The translations under genes and the position numbers were made by a program. A model generated the notes under the pieces. The model saw only the letters and a program-made list of their open reading frames with translations. It was not told the DNA's origin and made no database searches. A stretch of DNA of 64,000 nt, from NCBI GenBank assembly GCA_000091205.1, contig AP006499.2, one strand, 5' to 3'. The stretch is from Cyanidioschyzon merolae (lineage: Eukaryota). How positions within the stretch are numbered: the stretch's first letter is position 1; each line of letters starts with the position of its first letter. Positions 1-11,837 of the stretch are shown piece after piece.

Positions 1-294
1 GTATCGTCATCTCGACTGTACTTGCATCCATTGGGGGAACCCTATGCGATATACGGCAGCATTGCAGCCCAGTATCGTCATCCCTGGAATATTTGTACAT
101 TTCTCCCTTCCGTAGCAGGCGCATTCGCATACGCCCAACACCAGCTCGAGTACGCAAAACCGGACTGCAATCGTGCAGTGGTGCACACCCTTTGAAAGCT
201 TCGCACGCTCTTGAAACAGTCTTGTGTAGCGCTCTGATGCAGAAGGTTCCCAACGTCGAATTCTAGCATCCCGCGTTCCACTAGTCCTTGTAGA

Positions 295-2337
295 CTATGC
301 TCCGCTTCGCCAGATACGTCGCTTCCGCTTTCGATAGCGCGTCTCGATAAACATGAAAGCACCCAAGGCAGTGATGATGACGCCTCCGATAAACGTCCCG
401 ATCACGATACCGACAATTGCACCTGTTGGCAGACCGTTCCCGAGACTACCAGAAGCGCCGACGTAGTTCTGTATTGGTGAGGTGACTGCCAGAAGCGTTG
501 CGTTCGCATACAATACGCCCAGGCTTCGCAGCGTCTGCTGAAGCATCAGAGCGACGTCAGCTCGCTCCATGGTACTGGCGAGGTCGCGAGACTCCGGGGT
601 GTAAACCTGCAGAACAAGAAATACTGAACCATTCGCATTGCGGACGAGCGATTGGTTCACTTGCACCCCAGCCGCGTCCACAGCGTTCGAGAGCCAGCGC
701 GAAGCATTTGTTGGATACCAGAGAGAGATGTGCTTCCCGTGAATCCCGAGAAGCTCGACAAGCATGTCGCGCAACCGCTGTTGTTGTGACTCCACCAGCA
801 CCCGTGGAATACCGCGCACCATGTAAGCCGCCTGCACATGGACGCCAGCGCGGCTACTCGGAACAGGAGTCACAATCGGACAAGTTCGCAATCCACTCGG
901 TTCCATGTGCCGATAGAAGTTGAAAACATATTCTGGTTCGAGTTCGGGGTGGAAGATACGGATCTGGTCCCGGAGGATCAGATCCGGCCGCAGAACACCC
1001 TGCTCGAAGATGGGGTTCGGGTCCGTATATTTTGTGGCATCAAACAGATTATCACAGAGAACTGCCGTCCAGTTCCGGGCGTAGGTGTAGTTCTGAAGCA
1101 CTTGAGCCACCGTCTTCTCGGTCGGCGTTGTGATCGAAAACCCGGTCCAGAACTGCGAGCTATTCGCGCCCAACAAGGTGAGGTTGAGGCCGGTGTCCGG
1201 CTTTCCGAGCGCGATTCCGTTGTCAAAACAGTAGGCAAGTTCCTGAGGCAGTTCCTCGTCGTTTTCTCCAAACACATAATAAGCGTTGGCGTCTCGAATG
1301 AAGGTTGCTTGGTACTTGGAGCCGAAATAGAAAGTCGAGTCGTAAGCGTAGCCGTACAAAACCGAAGGACGACGCTCTGCGGTCTGCGCTAGACCTTTGG
1401 CTTCCTCGTAGCTCCGGACAATATCACGAAACTGTTCAGACGTCTGGGTTGGAATACCAAACAGCAAGCCGAAGAGCTTGACGTATTCCGCTCGACCGAG
1501 TGGTGTCGATTCGTAGTCCTCACCAAGGAAGAGAACGGATACATTTTGTTCTGCAGGACGCAGGGTTCCGTTCCGGAGAACTTGTCTCCAGTCAGCGTCC
1601 ACCTGCGACACAATGAAAACGTCAATGTTCAGGCTGGTGTTCTCCAATAGGCGCTGTAGATGCGTGAGGTTTCCAAAGTCACCGGCACAGGCGTATGTGC
1701 CCGGCTCGATGAACTCCTGTGTCGTGGGTGTACAGCCAACAGCGTACGGGGCGCCGCACAGCGACCCTGGAGTGCTGGCATTACAAGCCCAACCATGGAT
1801 GTATCCTACCTCTGCAAGCGCCTTAAATAAGGTGCCAGTTAAATAGTCTGGTTCCTGGAAAGCGCGAATCGCGTACGGTCGAACAATCCCGTAACCAACA
1901 TATCCCGCCTGGAGGGTATCGGTGAGCGCCAGTCCGCGGGGAGGAACCGCATGGACTTGCGTGACCATCCCGGTGCTGTTAAAGTCGGGGTGCTCGGTGG
2001 TATTGAAGCCACAGCGAACGAAGGCGTGCACTTCCCAGAGTCCGTCTGCGTCGACTTGCATGGCGAGCTGGGCCCACGAGCCATCGCTTGCAGCAGAGTA
2101 GTTACGTAGCGTCTGTGCATGGTCAAACGAGAACGATGTGGGAAATACAGCATAACTTGAGGTGTCACAACGATCGAAAACATGTGCACGCGCAGGTGGA
2201 ACTGTCAGCGTTGCGACGAGGAGGAGCACGAGTACGAACAGCACGCTCCTGTGGGTTTGCAGCGCGGGGCGCAGCTTCGGCTGTCGTTTGCCTCTGCAGT
2301 GCGCTTGTGGTCTCTTTTGCTGGGGATTGAGGATCAT
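295..2337 (-). CDS. Hypothetical secreted or type I membrane glycoprotein. It has a basic N-terminus followed by a hydrophobic signal/anchor, more than 20 N-x-S/T sequons, many Cys, and a single C-terminal TM helix with a short basic tail.
   Basis: 680-aa uninterrupted ORF starting at ATG. Hydrophobic segment SVLFVLVLLLVATLTV near the N-terminus. C-terminal TM GAIVGIVIGTFIGGVIITALGAFMFI followed by RYRKRKRR. No recognisable family. Confidence 0.5.
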   Translation of the reverse strand: MILNPQQKRPQAHCRGKRQPKLRPALQTHRSVLFVLVLLLVATLTVPPARAHVFDRCDTSSYAVFPTSFSFDHAQTLRNYSAASDGSWAQLAMQVDADGLWEVHAFVRCGFNTTEHPDFNSTGMVTQVHAVPPRGLALTDTLQAGYVGYGIVRPYAIRAFQEPDYLTGTLFKALAEVGYIHGWACNASTPGSLCGAPYAVGCTPTTQEFIEPGTYACAGDFGNLTHLQRLLENTSLNIDVFIVSQVDADWRQVLRNGTLRPAEQNVSVLFLGEDYESTPLGRAEYVKLFGLLFGIPTQTSEQFRDIVRSYEEAKGLAQTAERRPSVLYGYAYDSTFYFGSKYQATFIRDANAYYVFGENDEELPQELAYCFDNGIALGKPDTGLNLTLLGANSSQFWTGFSITTPTEKTVAQVLQNYTYARNWTAVLCDNLFDATKYTDPNPIFEQGVLRPDLILRDQIRIFHPELEPEYVFNFYRHMEPSGLRTCPIVTPVPSSRAGVHVQAAYMVRGIPRVLVESQQQRLRDMLVELLGIHGKHISLWYPTNASRWLSNAVDAAGVQVNQSLVRNANGSVFLVLQVYTPESRDLASTMERADVALMLQQTLRSLGVLYANATLLAVTSPIQNYVGASGSLGNGLPTGAIVGIVIGTFIGGVIITALGAFMFIETRYRKRKRRIWRSGA

Positions 2338-2885
2338 AAAGTTCGTGTGATCACGCGATCCTGACGTTCGCAGTGTCTCAAGTCCAGATCCTTGTTATAA
2401 AGAGCCTCTGGGATCCGAGTGATTCGCAAAGTTCGTCGCAGTGTCCTTCGCGGCGCTGCCGAGTAAAAGGCTGTCAGTGGTGCAACTCCAGTTTCACGTA
2501 CGCTTTCAGTAATTGCTTTCGGTCTGCTGTGGTTCCTAACGAGCACAGCAAATACCCTTCGCGCGGTTGCACGACAAAACTTAGTCGTTGAGCCAACACC
2601 AGCCTCACTCCAGTTTTTACGCGCTTCCTTTACAGTAGCCCTGCTTCCTGAAAATGAATACCCTCAGTACTGCTGTAATACATACGGTAGGCGAAAGGCA
2701 GTATCAGTTTCACGGTACTTTTCTTCTCTTGTCTAAGTTGCTCGGCAGCTTCTTCAGGTTCGCAACGTGGCTGCGGCTAACGCAGCGCCACCGCGACGCT
2801 CACGGCGCTTACCGACTGCAGCGCTCCTTGTCGCTGGAAGTCTCAACGAAAACGCTTCCTCTTCATTGCGTACAAACTGGTAACG

Positions 2886-3479
2886 ATGCGTGCTTGGAAA
2901 CTCGAAATACCACCTGGAGCAGATATAAGACAACCACATGCAAAACCTGGTGGAGACGAGGTTTCTCTGGTTGAATTAAACGCATTAGGTGTGTTGTACC
3001 AGTACTTCGCACCGAGTGACTACGATAAGAGCGGGACTGAGACTCACGCTCGGTGGCTTCAGTTCCGAAGCGATCACGGTTTCAAGTACGCTGATGTGTT
3101 GGAGGTGTCTCCTGAACAGTTACCTGACTTTGAGTCGAAACTTCAGATGTTTTTCGAGGAACACATCCACGCTGATCCAGAGGTTCGCTACGTTACTGCA
3201 GGTAGCGGTTATTTCGACGTACGCGATGAGAGCGACTCCTGGATACGAATCGCGGTAGAGCCAGGGGATATGCTGGTATTACCGGCAGGAATTTATCACC
3301 GCTTCACAGTGGACAGTAGCAACTACATTCGGGCTGTGCGTCTATTCGCTGACGAGCCGCAATGGGTACCGATCAACCGAACGTCTGCTGAGCGTCATCC
3401 AGCACGCTTGGCATATGAGCAGCTATATCCGGAGCGCAGTTTCAGTACGGAACCAGAGCAACAAGCGCTGCGTGTTTGA
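2886..3479 (+). CDS. ADI1: Acireductone dioxygenase (ARD/MTCBP-1) of the methionine salvage pathway; cupin fold.
   Basis: 197 aa starting at ATG. Colinear with ARD along its length: RQPH near the N-terminus, then YFDVRD..WIRI...GDMLVLPAGIYHRFT.D..NYI.A.RLF. Confidence 0.85.
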   Translation: MRAWKLEIPPGADIRQPHAKPGGDEVSLVELNALGVLYQYFAPSDYDKSGTETHARWLQFRSDHGFKYADVLEVSPEQLPDFESKLQMFFEEHIHADPEVRYVTAGSGYFDVRDESDSWIRIAVEPGDMLVLPAGIYHRFTVDSSNYIRAVRLFADEPQWVPINRTSAERHPARLAYEQLYPERSFSTEPEQQALRV

Positions 3480-5259
3480 TTGCGGTCAGCTGTGTCGAGT
3501 TCCGGGTGTGGCTCGTTCGAGGTGCGCTCCCGTGTCGCTGGCTCAGAGCTATCAGCGGCGTTTGTCGGGCACAGCGCACGATCCCAAGAATGTAGCGCGC
3601 TCGGACAGGGGTGCGTCTTTCCGACTGTAACTGGCGAGCCCGCTTTGCCATTTTGTCTTGCGTTGCTGCGGTACGGCTAGCAGGTGACCGCTGCGCGCTC
3701 GAGTCTACGAACGCTGCCTGCTCTCTGATGTTGTACGTACGCGACCTTCGGGACGATCAGTGAGGATTCGGCTCCCGCTGGCGCAGAGGAAAGAAGGGAG
3801 CACGCCTGGAGTAACCCTGCACATTTCGTGAGCGGTCGTGGTTCCTCTCATCCACGATAATGATGAGGCAATCGCCAAATTTCAAATCGACTTCTCTTTC
3901 TTCTGAGAGGGTCTTTCAAGACCTGCACTGATGAGAAGCATGCGATAATTCTGAACGAGATAGAGAGGGATGCATCGGGTGACTTGTTGCAAGTCTGCGA
4001 ATAGCAAGCTTGCCTGCGTCATCAGTTGAACAGCGACGCGTTTCGCGAAGTTCAAGGTCCTACGATTCCTTGGACGTGCTTGCGCTTACCGGCTACGAGC
4101 TGGGGCCCTTGGGGGCGTCTTGGAGCATCGCCAGGTTTCTGTTTGTCTGTGGACAAACCGCTCGCTGTTTTCGGTGCACGTTGTTCCAGGAAGAATCTGT
4201 CCAGTCGTCAAGTAATCACCAGAAACACAATTCAGTAGAATTCAGACGCATTGCCACCGGGAAGTGGTAGACTTGGTACACGGGAGCATCCCGTCGCGTA
4301 CCTTAATGGACTGCTATCCAGTGGGCGCTGCAGGTACAGCGACTGATGCGCCAAAATTAGATGATAGAAGGGCAGTGTTGTCCGAGGAAACGGGCAGATA
4401 GAGCGCAGCATCCACAAGACATGCTCTGAGCAAAACCTTCGCCTTTGTGGATAAACTTTGAACGTTTTTGGATGCCTCCGATATCCACCCGTTTCCTCCG
4501 ATCTAGAGCGTCTTCAGAAGCTTGATTATTGCCTTTAGGGCGTTTCGAAACCTGCGGAGCACGTTTCTACTCGTTTAGACGGCTTGCGTAGCTGAAGCGC
4601 AGCCCGCTGCCGAACGTAGGCGTCGGTCAGGACCACTCACCAGGACGTGAACGTAAACCAGGCACTCCGGTCAGAACGGAGGATACGTGCCCCAGTACTG
4701 GACGAGCCAAAACATCTTTTGTATCGATCGTACACATGTCACGAGACGGTAACACCGGTTTCGCCCGCCTGTTGACCTAGAAAACTGCAACAATTCGATC
4801 GCTTCTCCAATAGAGCATGTCGTACTGCGTATGGTGAGCATGACGCAACAGCGTTCTTGATCGTTATCGAAACGACTAAAATCTGTCAGAGCTGACGTAT
4901 CAGCCACTGCGGCTACACGGTGTTCTGGAGGATGAGACGCGTTTCTAGTCTACTCAAGGAATCACGAGTAATTTCCCCTGTTCGTATGGACACTGTTAAC
5001 TGTCTATTCACGTCTGCTCTAATACATACCTTTCGTTGCTCATTACCTATCACCAGACTAAAGAAAATCCTTTCCCTTCTACCGGTCACCAGCGATGCCT
5101 TGGCGATGCCTCGAAACGATGAGGACCCGCCCCCGATGAAGAGGCGATTTTCTCCCGTCTCAACGTTCGATCCGGATCTCGGGTTCGCACTTGCCAACCT
5201 CAATTTTTGCGCCTGCTTGGTATGCACTATATTAGGGGTCCTGGGCGTTCTCTAGATTG

Positions 5260-5297
5260 AGGAGGAGGAGGAGCAGCAGCAGCAGCAGCAGCAGCAA
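5260..5297. repeat. (GAG)n(CAG)n trinucleotide microsatellite immediately upstream of the SLC35F6-like start codon.
   Basis: ggaggaggaggagcagcagcagcagcagcagcagca, about 30 nt before the ATG at 5327. Confidence 0.9.
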
Positions 5298-5326
5298 CGA
5301 AGATAGCACTGTTCGAGCTTAGATAC

Positions 5327-6940
5327 ATGGAACCAGCACGCCCCGTTCCCCGTTTACGTTCAGTGCACTCGATCGCGGGGCTCCTTCTCGTAGGCACCGT
5401 TGCGTCGCTGCTAGCCAAGATCATTTACGGCGTCGAGAGTACAGGTAGAGACGGGCGAATTCGCCCTTTTCGAAAACCGTTGTTTGAGGTCTTTTCCATG
5501 TTTCTCGGAATGAGTCTGTGCCGGCTTCTGGAGTGGATCCAGCCGCCGGAGCAGCTACCACCGGCTCTTCTGGCGCAGACGACTAGCAGCGCCTCAGCGG
5601 ATCCACTGGCGGACGTCCTTGTGCGCTTGCCATCACCATGGTGTGAGCTGCTGCTCAAAGCACACCACTGGCTTGGTGCCCTCACACCAGCAGCTACCCA
5701 CGTGATTCTGGTACCCGCTGTGCTAGATGCAGCAGCAACCATGCTCATGTGCACAGGTCTCTTATTTGCGCCAGTCTCTGTGTATCAAATGCTCCGCGGT
5801 AGCATGCTGGTGTTCTGCGCTATTTTTTCAGTAACCCTATTGCGGCGGCGACTGCACCTGTACAATATCCTTGGTGTTGCGTTGGCTCTCGGGGGAATTA
5901 CAACCGTCGGACTCGCCTCTGTGGCCGGGGAGGAGGACCTAGAAGCTCGCGGAGCGCTTCTGGTTGGCATCCTGCTCATGATTGCTGGCCAGGCGATGCA
6001 GGCACTGCAGGTGGTCGCCGAAGAGCACCTCCTGCAAAACTTGCTGCTGCCGCCCATGCAAGTGGTTTTCTACGAGGGCATCTACGGAGTCGCACTGTGC
6101 CTCTGTATCATTTTCCCACTTGCATACATTCTTCCGGGCAACGATTATGGACACCGCTGGGAGGATACGCTGGACTCATTGGTGATGATCGCCCATTCGG
6201 GAGTCCTGGTGTTGATCTTGCTCTCTGACGCCACCTCGATGCTGCTATTCAACATGTTCAGTATGAACGTCACCCAGCTGAGCTCTGCACTCTTCCGGAC
6301 CATGCTTGAAACGCTCCGCACCTTTCTGGTTTGGATGATTGACCTGTGGATCTATTATCGTTGGAGCGATGGCCGCTTCGGTGAGGCCTGGACCCGCTAC
6401 TCCTGGCTCCAAGTTGTCGGCTTCCTGGTCGTCGTCGCCGGCACCTGGCTCTATAGCCAGCATCCAGTATCCATTGGACCGGAGCCCGCTCCAGAAATGG
6501 AGCACTCCCGAGCTTCGACGGAAACAACGCACGCGCTCGCAAAACAGATGTTGCCTGACGAGGAACTTGAACGCCTCCTGGTCGATAGAGACCATGTTCG
6601 TTACAGCACAGGCGAGACGACGGCGGCCCCGACGAGTATGTCGCTCTCGCCCGAGGCCGGCGAAAGCGTCGGTGAAGTTGCTGAACGTGAAAGCATGCAG
6701 GCAAGGGAGCCTCGACTGCTTCGCGAACGTTTGCGCGCTAGCCCCGCGACGTCACTCTACGGCACGTCACCTGCGTTTTTCATGCACCACGGTGGTACGA
6801 TTCCAGCTGTCTACGTCGGATCACCTCTACCCTTCGCTACGATAGGATCGCAACGAGAGGCCCGACTCCGGCGAAACAACCTATCCAGAACCGCATCATC
6901 GGCTTCAGTCTCCGATGAGGATTCAAATGCGGGCCCATAA
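5327..6940 (+). CDS. SLC35F6-like transporter of the drug/metabolite (DMT/EamA) superfamily, with a roughly 150-aa disordered C-terminal tail.
   Basis: 537 aa. Multiple TM helices. Colinear with the SLC35F6 family, including the conserved QMLRGS..VF...FSV.LL.RRL core and the IAGQ..QALQVV.EE segment. Confidence 0.7.
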   Translation: MEPARPVPRLRSVHSIAGLLLVGTVASLLAKIIYGVESTGRDGRIRPFRKPLFEVFSMFLGMSLCRLLEWIQPPEQLPPALLAQTTSSASADPLADVLVRLPSPWCELLLKAHHWLGALTPAATHVILVPAVLDAAATMLMCTGLLFAPVSVYQMLRGSMLVFCAIFSVTLLRRRLHLYNILGVALALGGITTVGLASVAGEEDLEARGALLVGILLMIAGQAMQALQVVAEEHLLQNLLLPPMQVVFYEGIYGVALCLCIIFPLAYILPGNDYGHRWEDTLDSLVMIAHSGVLVLILLSDATSMLLFNMFSMNVTQLSSALFRTMLETLRTFLVWMIDLWIYYRWSDGRFGEAWTRYSWLQVVGFLVVVAGTWLYSQHPVSIGPEPAPEMEHSRASTETTHALAKQMLPDEELERLLVDRDHVRYSTGETTAAPTSMSLSPEAGESVGEVAERESMQAREPRLLRERLRASPATSLYGTSPAFFMHHGGTIPAVYVGSPLPFATIGSQREARLRRNNLSRTASSASVSDEDSNAGP

Positions 6941-7360
6941 ATTAGTTTCCGTGGCATGCTTTTCGTTTCAGATATCATCGAGTATGCTTTTCTGGTGTAG
7001 GTCTGGATGCGTTTAGCGCAGGAGACGCGCATGGGTCTCCAGTGGTCTCGTTGCCACACTCGACGTTTTCGACGCAAAAACGGGAACGTAACGGGCGTGC
7101 TCACAAGGTGCACGGTCTCGGCAGCGGTTGCCGCATGTTTTGGGTTGAGCGTCCCGCCAAATCTGAAGGTGCAGGTGGAGTTCGTTACAACTGGAGATAG
7201 AGCCTCACGTAGACCAGAAGTGCGCGCTATATCAGTAGACACAAATACAGTACGTGATCTAGAGCAAAAGATACAGCTGTCGCATGACTTTGGCCAATTC
7301 GCAGAGCGGCAGCAGCAGGTCCAGTACCTGGTACAACCACAGTAGTTACAAACGACTCGG

Positions 7361-8386
7361 ATGAGCGTTGCGGTAACAAACCAGATGCACCACTCGCAAT
7401 GTGTTCAAGCGCTACGCTTCTTGGCAATACTGATGCTTGCCGCGTTCGCTGTACAGCTACAGTCTCGAAAAGTGCTGCAGCGTATCCACAGTGCATCGTT
7501 TCGAGCACGGGTTGCGGAGACTTTTTCTAGTCGGCGCTTACTGGCGACGTACCGTCTGTTCGTACCGAGTTCAGCACTCAAAGACGTCGTTGGTGCCAGC
7601 TCCATAAAGCTACCACTGGACGAACAACAGCACGTTCGTAGTCTTCGGCTCAAAGATGGTGCTGCGGTAGAGTTGTTCGACGGGAGTGGGCGTCTTGTGC
7701 TTGGACGCCTCAGCGACCGTGGACGTAGCGTTAATGCTTTGCAGTTGTTAGCGTCGGAGGCGGATCCAGGGGCTGAAGCTTCCGGGCGAGCAGCGGTCTC
7801 AGTGGTGTGCCTGGTCGGGACACCAAAGTCAGCACAGCGTGCGGACTGGATGATCGAGAAGTTAACCGAACTAGGCGTAGTGGCTTATCGACATGTGTCA
7901 TCGACTCGTGGGGAGATCGATGCAGCGCACGTTCAAAAACGGGCTCTGAACCGGTGGCACCAGGTATCTATCGCTGCCGCCAAACAGAGTCTGCGACGGA
8001 CGCTCCTGGACGTTGGTGGTCACCACTCGAACCCAGGCTCGGGCTGGCTGACAGGGGTGTGCTCGGAAGCCACGATAGCGTTCGACCACCTGGTCCAGTG
8101 GATAGAGAGCACTGCATCCGCGAACCAGGTATTCCTCCTGGCAGCGCCCGCAGCTATGCAGACCCTGATGACGTGGCGAGCAGATGCTTTTCCGCTGCGC
8201 ACTGCATCCGCTTCATCCATGATGCCGCGACGTGTTGTGTGCATCATTGGACCCGAGGGTGGCCTCACCAGCGACGAGGAAGCAGCGCTTATAGGAGCTG
8301 GCTCGATCGGGGTATCGTTGGGACCGCAGCGTCTTCGAACAGAGACGGCTGCCGTGGCGTTTGCTGCAGCGCTGTTAACCCCGTAG
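7361..8386 (+). CDS. rsmE: RsmE-family 16S rRNA (m3U1498) methyltransferase with a roughly 60-aa N-terminal extension, probably organelle-targeted.
   Basis: 341 aa. Conserved RsmE start block R.F.....L.LKDG..VELFDGSG, an ELGV core, and the C-terminal IGPEGG.T..E......G...VSLGP.RLRTETAAVA motif. Confidence 0.75.
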   Translation: MSVAVTNQMHHSQCVQALRFLAILMLAAFAVQLQSRKVLQRIHSASFRARVAETFSSRRLLATYRLFVPSSALKDVVGASSIKLPLDEQQHVRSLRLKDGAAVELFDGSGRLVLGRLSDRGRSVNALQLLASEADPGAEASGRAAVSVVCLVGTPKSAQRADWMIEKLTELGVVAYRHVSSTRGEIDAAHVQKRALNRWHQVSIAAAKQSLRRTLLDVGGHHSNPGSGWLTGVCSEATIAFDHLVQWIESTASANQVFLLAAPAAMQTLMTWRADAFPLRTASASSMMPRRVVCIIGPEGGLTSDEEAALIGAGSIGVSLGPQRLRTETAAVAFAAALLTP

Positions 8387-9477
8387 CGGATACTGACTGT
8401 TCGATCGCACGCAGCGTTTTGAACTGCAAGCCTGTGAGCGAGCTATTCCGTTGATGAACAGTGTTTATGACTGGTCTTTGGTGCTATGCGTCTTATAAAG
8501 CGAGTGTTTGCGTACTTTTCAGAAAGCAGTCGCTGCACCGGCCAGAGGCAGTCTCCAAGGAAATAATTCGAGCAGCTGGCATCGTTTATCGCATAAGGAG
8601 CCGAACGTATTTTGCTGGCGTATTCATGTGTGCAGACGGAGCGTTGGAGAAGCTGGCGATGGTGCAGATACTCTTTGAACCCCAGTTTCAGAGACAGAGC
8701 CGCACAAATGGAGCTTTGGCGAGCTTCGCGGCGGTGTAGTCGTCCTCTGCGGGCCACAGAGAGGTTCAGAGAAAGACACATGCATTCTGCCCGGTGGATT
8801 CCTGGACACGTTGGTTTACAGATTTGGAAGGCATAGACCTGCATACGCCGGGAAAACTATCCACACGCTGTAGCAGCACGCTTTCCGGTCGACGTCGACT
8901 GGGGTCACGCCGTACGCGGTTTCCGACATGTCGATGCAAATGAACATCGGATTCGTTCTCGACAAGCTCAGACGATCGTGTCCTCGTTGCAGCGGGGCGT
9001 TTTCGTGACAAAGATGCAGAGGTGCGTTCGGCAAGACACTCGCAAGTCTCTGAAAAGATCCCTGCCGCACCATTCACGCTTCATGCTTGGATGGCGATCG
9101 CGTGTCGTTTGCAGAAGCGCTTGCAGAGTACGGCCTTTTTATGAAAACTCACTGCAGGCGTCTTCCAACAAATCTGATTTGAATCATCCCACGATGGTTT
9201 TCCAACGCAAGCACTTGCATCGTTGCGCTCGAAGGCCGGCTACAAAAGCTTGGAGAGCGTTTCTTGGATGCCGGCAAAGCAACGACGGTGAAGCAGAGCG
9301 TACAAATTATGCGTTGAGCATTGCTGCGGTATCCCTGGATGATACCTATAAATCTGACCTACCCGCTGGTCTGGCGAGGTCCATCTCTGATCAACATCCA
9401 GCACCGACGCGGACGCAAGGTTGCCAGTCGTTGGTCGCTCCAGAGCCGACAGCATCCGCCGCGTCCCGTGACAAGGC

Positions 9478-10056
9478 CTAGACCTGGTTGTTCACCGTTT
9501 CGCCTTCATCAGCATTGTCGGAGTTCTGAGGTCTTCGTGACATGCTCAAGAGACCGCATGGGAAGCACACGATCGCGAGAATAAACATAAGAATAAGCAA
9601 TACCAACAACAGCGGAACTAGAAGCACCACAAGCAGGATAGCGACGACCAGACCAACTACTGGGAGGCGCAAAATGAAGAGAAGCCAACCAGGTATCCGA
9701 ACAGCCGGCCCTTGGGCCATACGTGCCTCCCACTCAGTGTAACTCTCCGTCGCCCCCGTGCCCTGTAGGCGATCGCCCAGGTACAAGTCGTACATCTTCC
9801 GCTTCACAGGATTAGTAAGCGTTGTATGCGCAATATTGACCTCCTGGAACGCCTCCTTGGCGCGCGGTAAGTTACAGCGGTCCGGGTGCAAAAGTAGCGA
9901 GAGCCTCTTATAATTTCTTTTTATTTCATTGACATCTGCACTGGGTCTTACGTGCAGGACCAGATAGTAATTGTTGTTCTCGGATAGGATACGCTGGATT
10001 TCTGCTTCCGCGCTCGTGGGGCGCCATTCGCTCCCCTCAACAGAGGCCTTGGCCAT
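9478..10056 (-). CDS. J-domain (DnaJ/Hsp40-type) membrane protein with a C-terminal TM segment.
   Basis: 192 aa. J-domain with the HPD motif (YYLVLHV...LLLHPDR...AKEAFQEV). Long hydrophobic stretch LPVVGLVVAILLVVLLVPLLLVLLILMFILAIV. Confidence 0.7.
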   Translation of the reverse strand: MAKASVEGSEWRPTSAEAEIQRILSENNNYYLVLHVRPSADVNEIKRNYKRLSLLLHPDRCNLPRAKEAFQEVNIAHTTLTNPVKRKMYDLYLGDRLQGTGATESYTEWEARMAQGPAVRIPGWLLFILRLPVVGLVVAILLVVLLVPLLLVLLILMFILAIVCFPCGLLSMSRRPQNSDNADEGETVNNQV

Positions 10057-10200
10057 AGCCAGACTTTAGCGCTTGAGGTCGCAGCAGCGCCCACACACAG
10101 GCGGTTTGCTCCTAGCGTACCGACCGCACGACCCGAGTGACGCTGTGCAAAGCGGCTCTTCGCCCCAGGGGCGCCCCGGGGTGCAGTCGTGGACACGGCG

Positions 10201-10239
10201 GCACTGCACTGCACTGCACTGCACTGCACTGCACTGCAC
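10201..10239. repeat. (GCACT)7 pentanucleotide microsatellite in the DnaJ / syntaxin bidirectional intergenic region.
   Basis: gcactgcactgcactgcactgcactgcactgcactgcac, about 145 bp upstream of the DnaJ ATG. Confidence 0.9.
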
Positions 10240-11837
10240 GAGTAGGACAGGCGTGTCGCGCGCGCCTGCGCCGCCGTCGCTGCTGCGCGCCACGACGTCG
10301 TGCGGCGATGCGACTGCGCGCGTTGTCCCGCCGATGCGCGGCGTGTGCCGTACCAGGCCCCGTTCCTGGGCCGGGATTAGTGAACCAGTTCAGAGTGCCT
10401 TGGATGTGCCTGTGCTGCCAGTGAACAGCGACTAGAGTCCAGTTCCATTACAAAATCCACAGGATTTCACGAGATCCTGACAAGGATTCCCTCAGGGATG
10501 CACGTGGGAATCGCGGTGCCCGGTATCCGTTGCTTGTGCATCGCACGGATTTCTGCGGTCTCCGGCGGGCACGTCGGACTGGAGTCGTCCAAGAGCTCGA
10601 TGGCCGTCCGCAACAGGGGAAGCGCAATCTGGTACCCTCGAGAAACATCGAGGAACGTGAATCACAATCTAGACGTGCGTTTTGGTACTATGGTTGAATC
10701 CTTCTCCAGGCATCTCTCACATGATGTCCATTGCGTGATGCGTGCGCGGATGCGCGCGATCGCAGGGCACGCGATAAAGTTGTATTCGCGCAGCCCTGGG
10801 GCTGAGCGCCATCTGTCGAGCTCTGGCAGGTCTAGGCATACACCGCCTGTGCAGTGAACCCAATACCTGCTGGCTGCTGTGAGAACGCTTCGGAATCGTG
10901 AGCGAACCCAGCCAGGTGCTCCTACGCCCATGCTCTCTGTATCGTACTCGACAGGTGCACGCGGTATCCAGCGCACGGATGCAGGTTGCAGTACACGCCC
11001 ACCGCTTTCCATTCTTGGTGCTGTTCATCACGAGGACACATAGAAGTGGAATGCCTTGACGCAGCCCTGTCGGACAGCATGTGCGTCCATATTCTACCCA
11101 AGGCGGTCGCATGCGCTCTCCATGGATCATTGCACTTTCGTGACCGGACGCAATGCTCGTCGGCAACGGAGTCTGCGCATGCACGCTCGTCCAGAAACAT
11201 CGCACAAATAGGGATCGCTGGATCTTGTAAACGACGCTGAAGCTCTCAAAAGGAAAATGCACGCTCATCTCCACGAATTGGCATGAACTGGGCAAGATGA
11301 ACGCCGCTGCGTGTACGCATGCGTCCGAGTGGCGGTAACAGGGCGCTCGCACCGCAGACACCTTCCATATCGCGATACAAAGGCGTGTGGAGCGCTCCGC
11401 CGAACCTGGTGAGCTGCGCGAGCGATTTGCGCAGCGCTTGTCTCCGCTGCAAAGACAAAGAACTCGATTTGGTCTATGACCTCCATGTGTATCTGAACGC
11501 ACTAGCCTTATGCGAATCGAACGAGGTCCCAGATCATGGCACGCGAATGGCTGGCTGCTCACAAGTCCAGCGCCAAGCACGAATCCCTGTAGCACCATTT
11601 CCCGCGCCAGCAGCACCTGAGCAGCAGTTTCACGACTCGGACACCTGCAGATGCCACATCGGTGCTGACGCTACCGTCTAAACTCGAAGTATCCATATGA
11701 CTGTTCCATTGACTGGAAGCTTGCAATGCTGAAGCTCACAACTCTACCATGCGTCTAAGTCTTCGTTTACGAACTCGTCGGCATGGAGCATAACACACCA
11801 ACGTGCGCGCACGCGATCCTGAGACGGGATACACGAC

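Noticed and set aside
10717-11616. 299-codon minus-strand ORF, with similarly long Arg/Cys/Ala-rich ORFs at 42912..43778, 43339..43989, 44151..44660, 6270..6704 and 20400..21005.
   Set aside because: Their composition is dominated by Arg, Cys, Ala, Ser and Pro, typical of GC-rich non-coding or antisense DNA read in frame. They have no homology and no start context, and several lie antisense to real genes. They are treated as artefacts.
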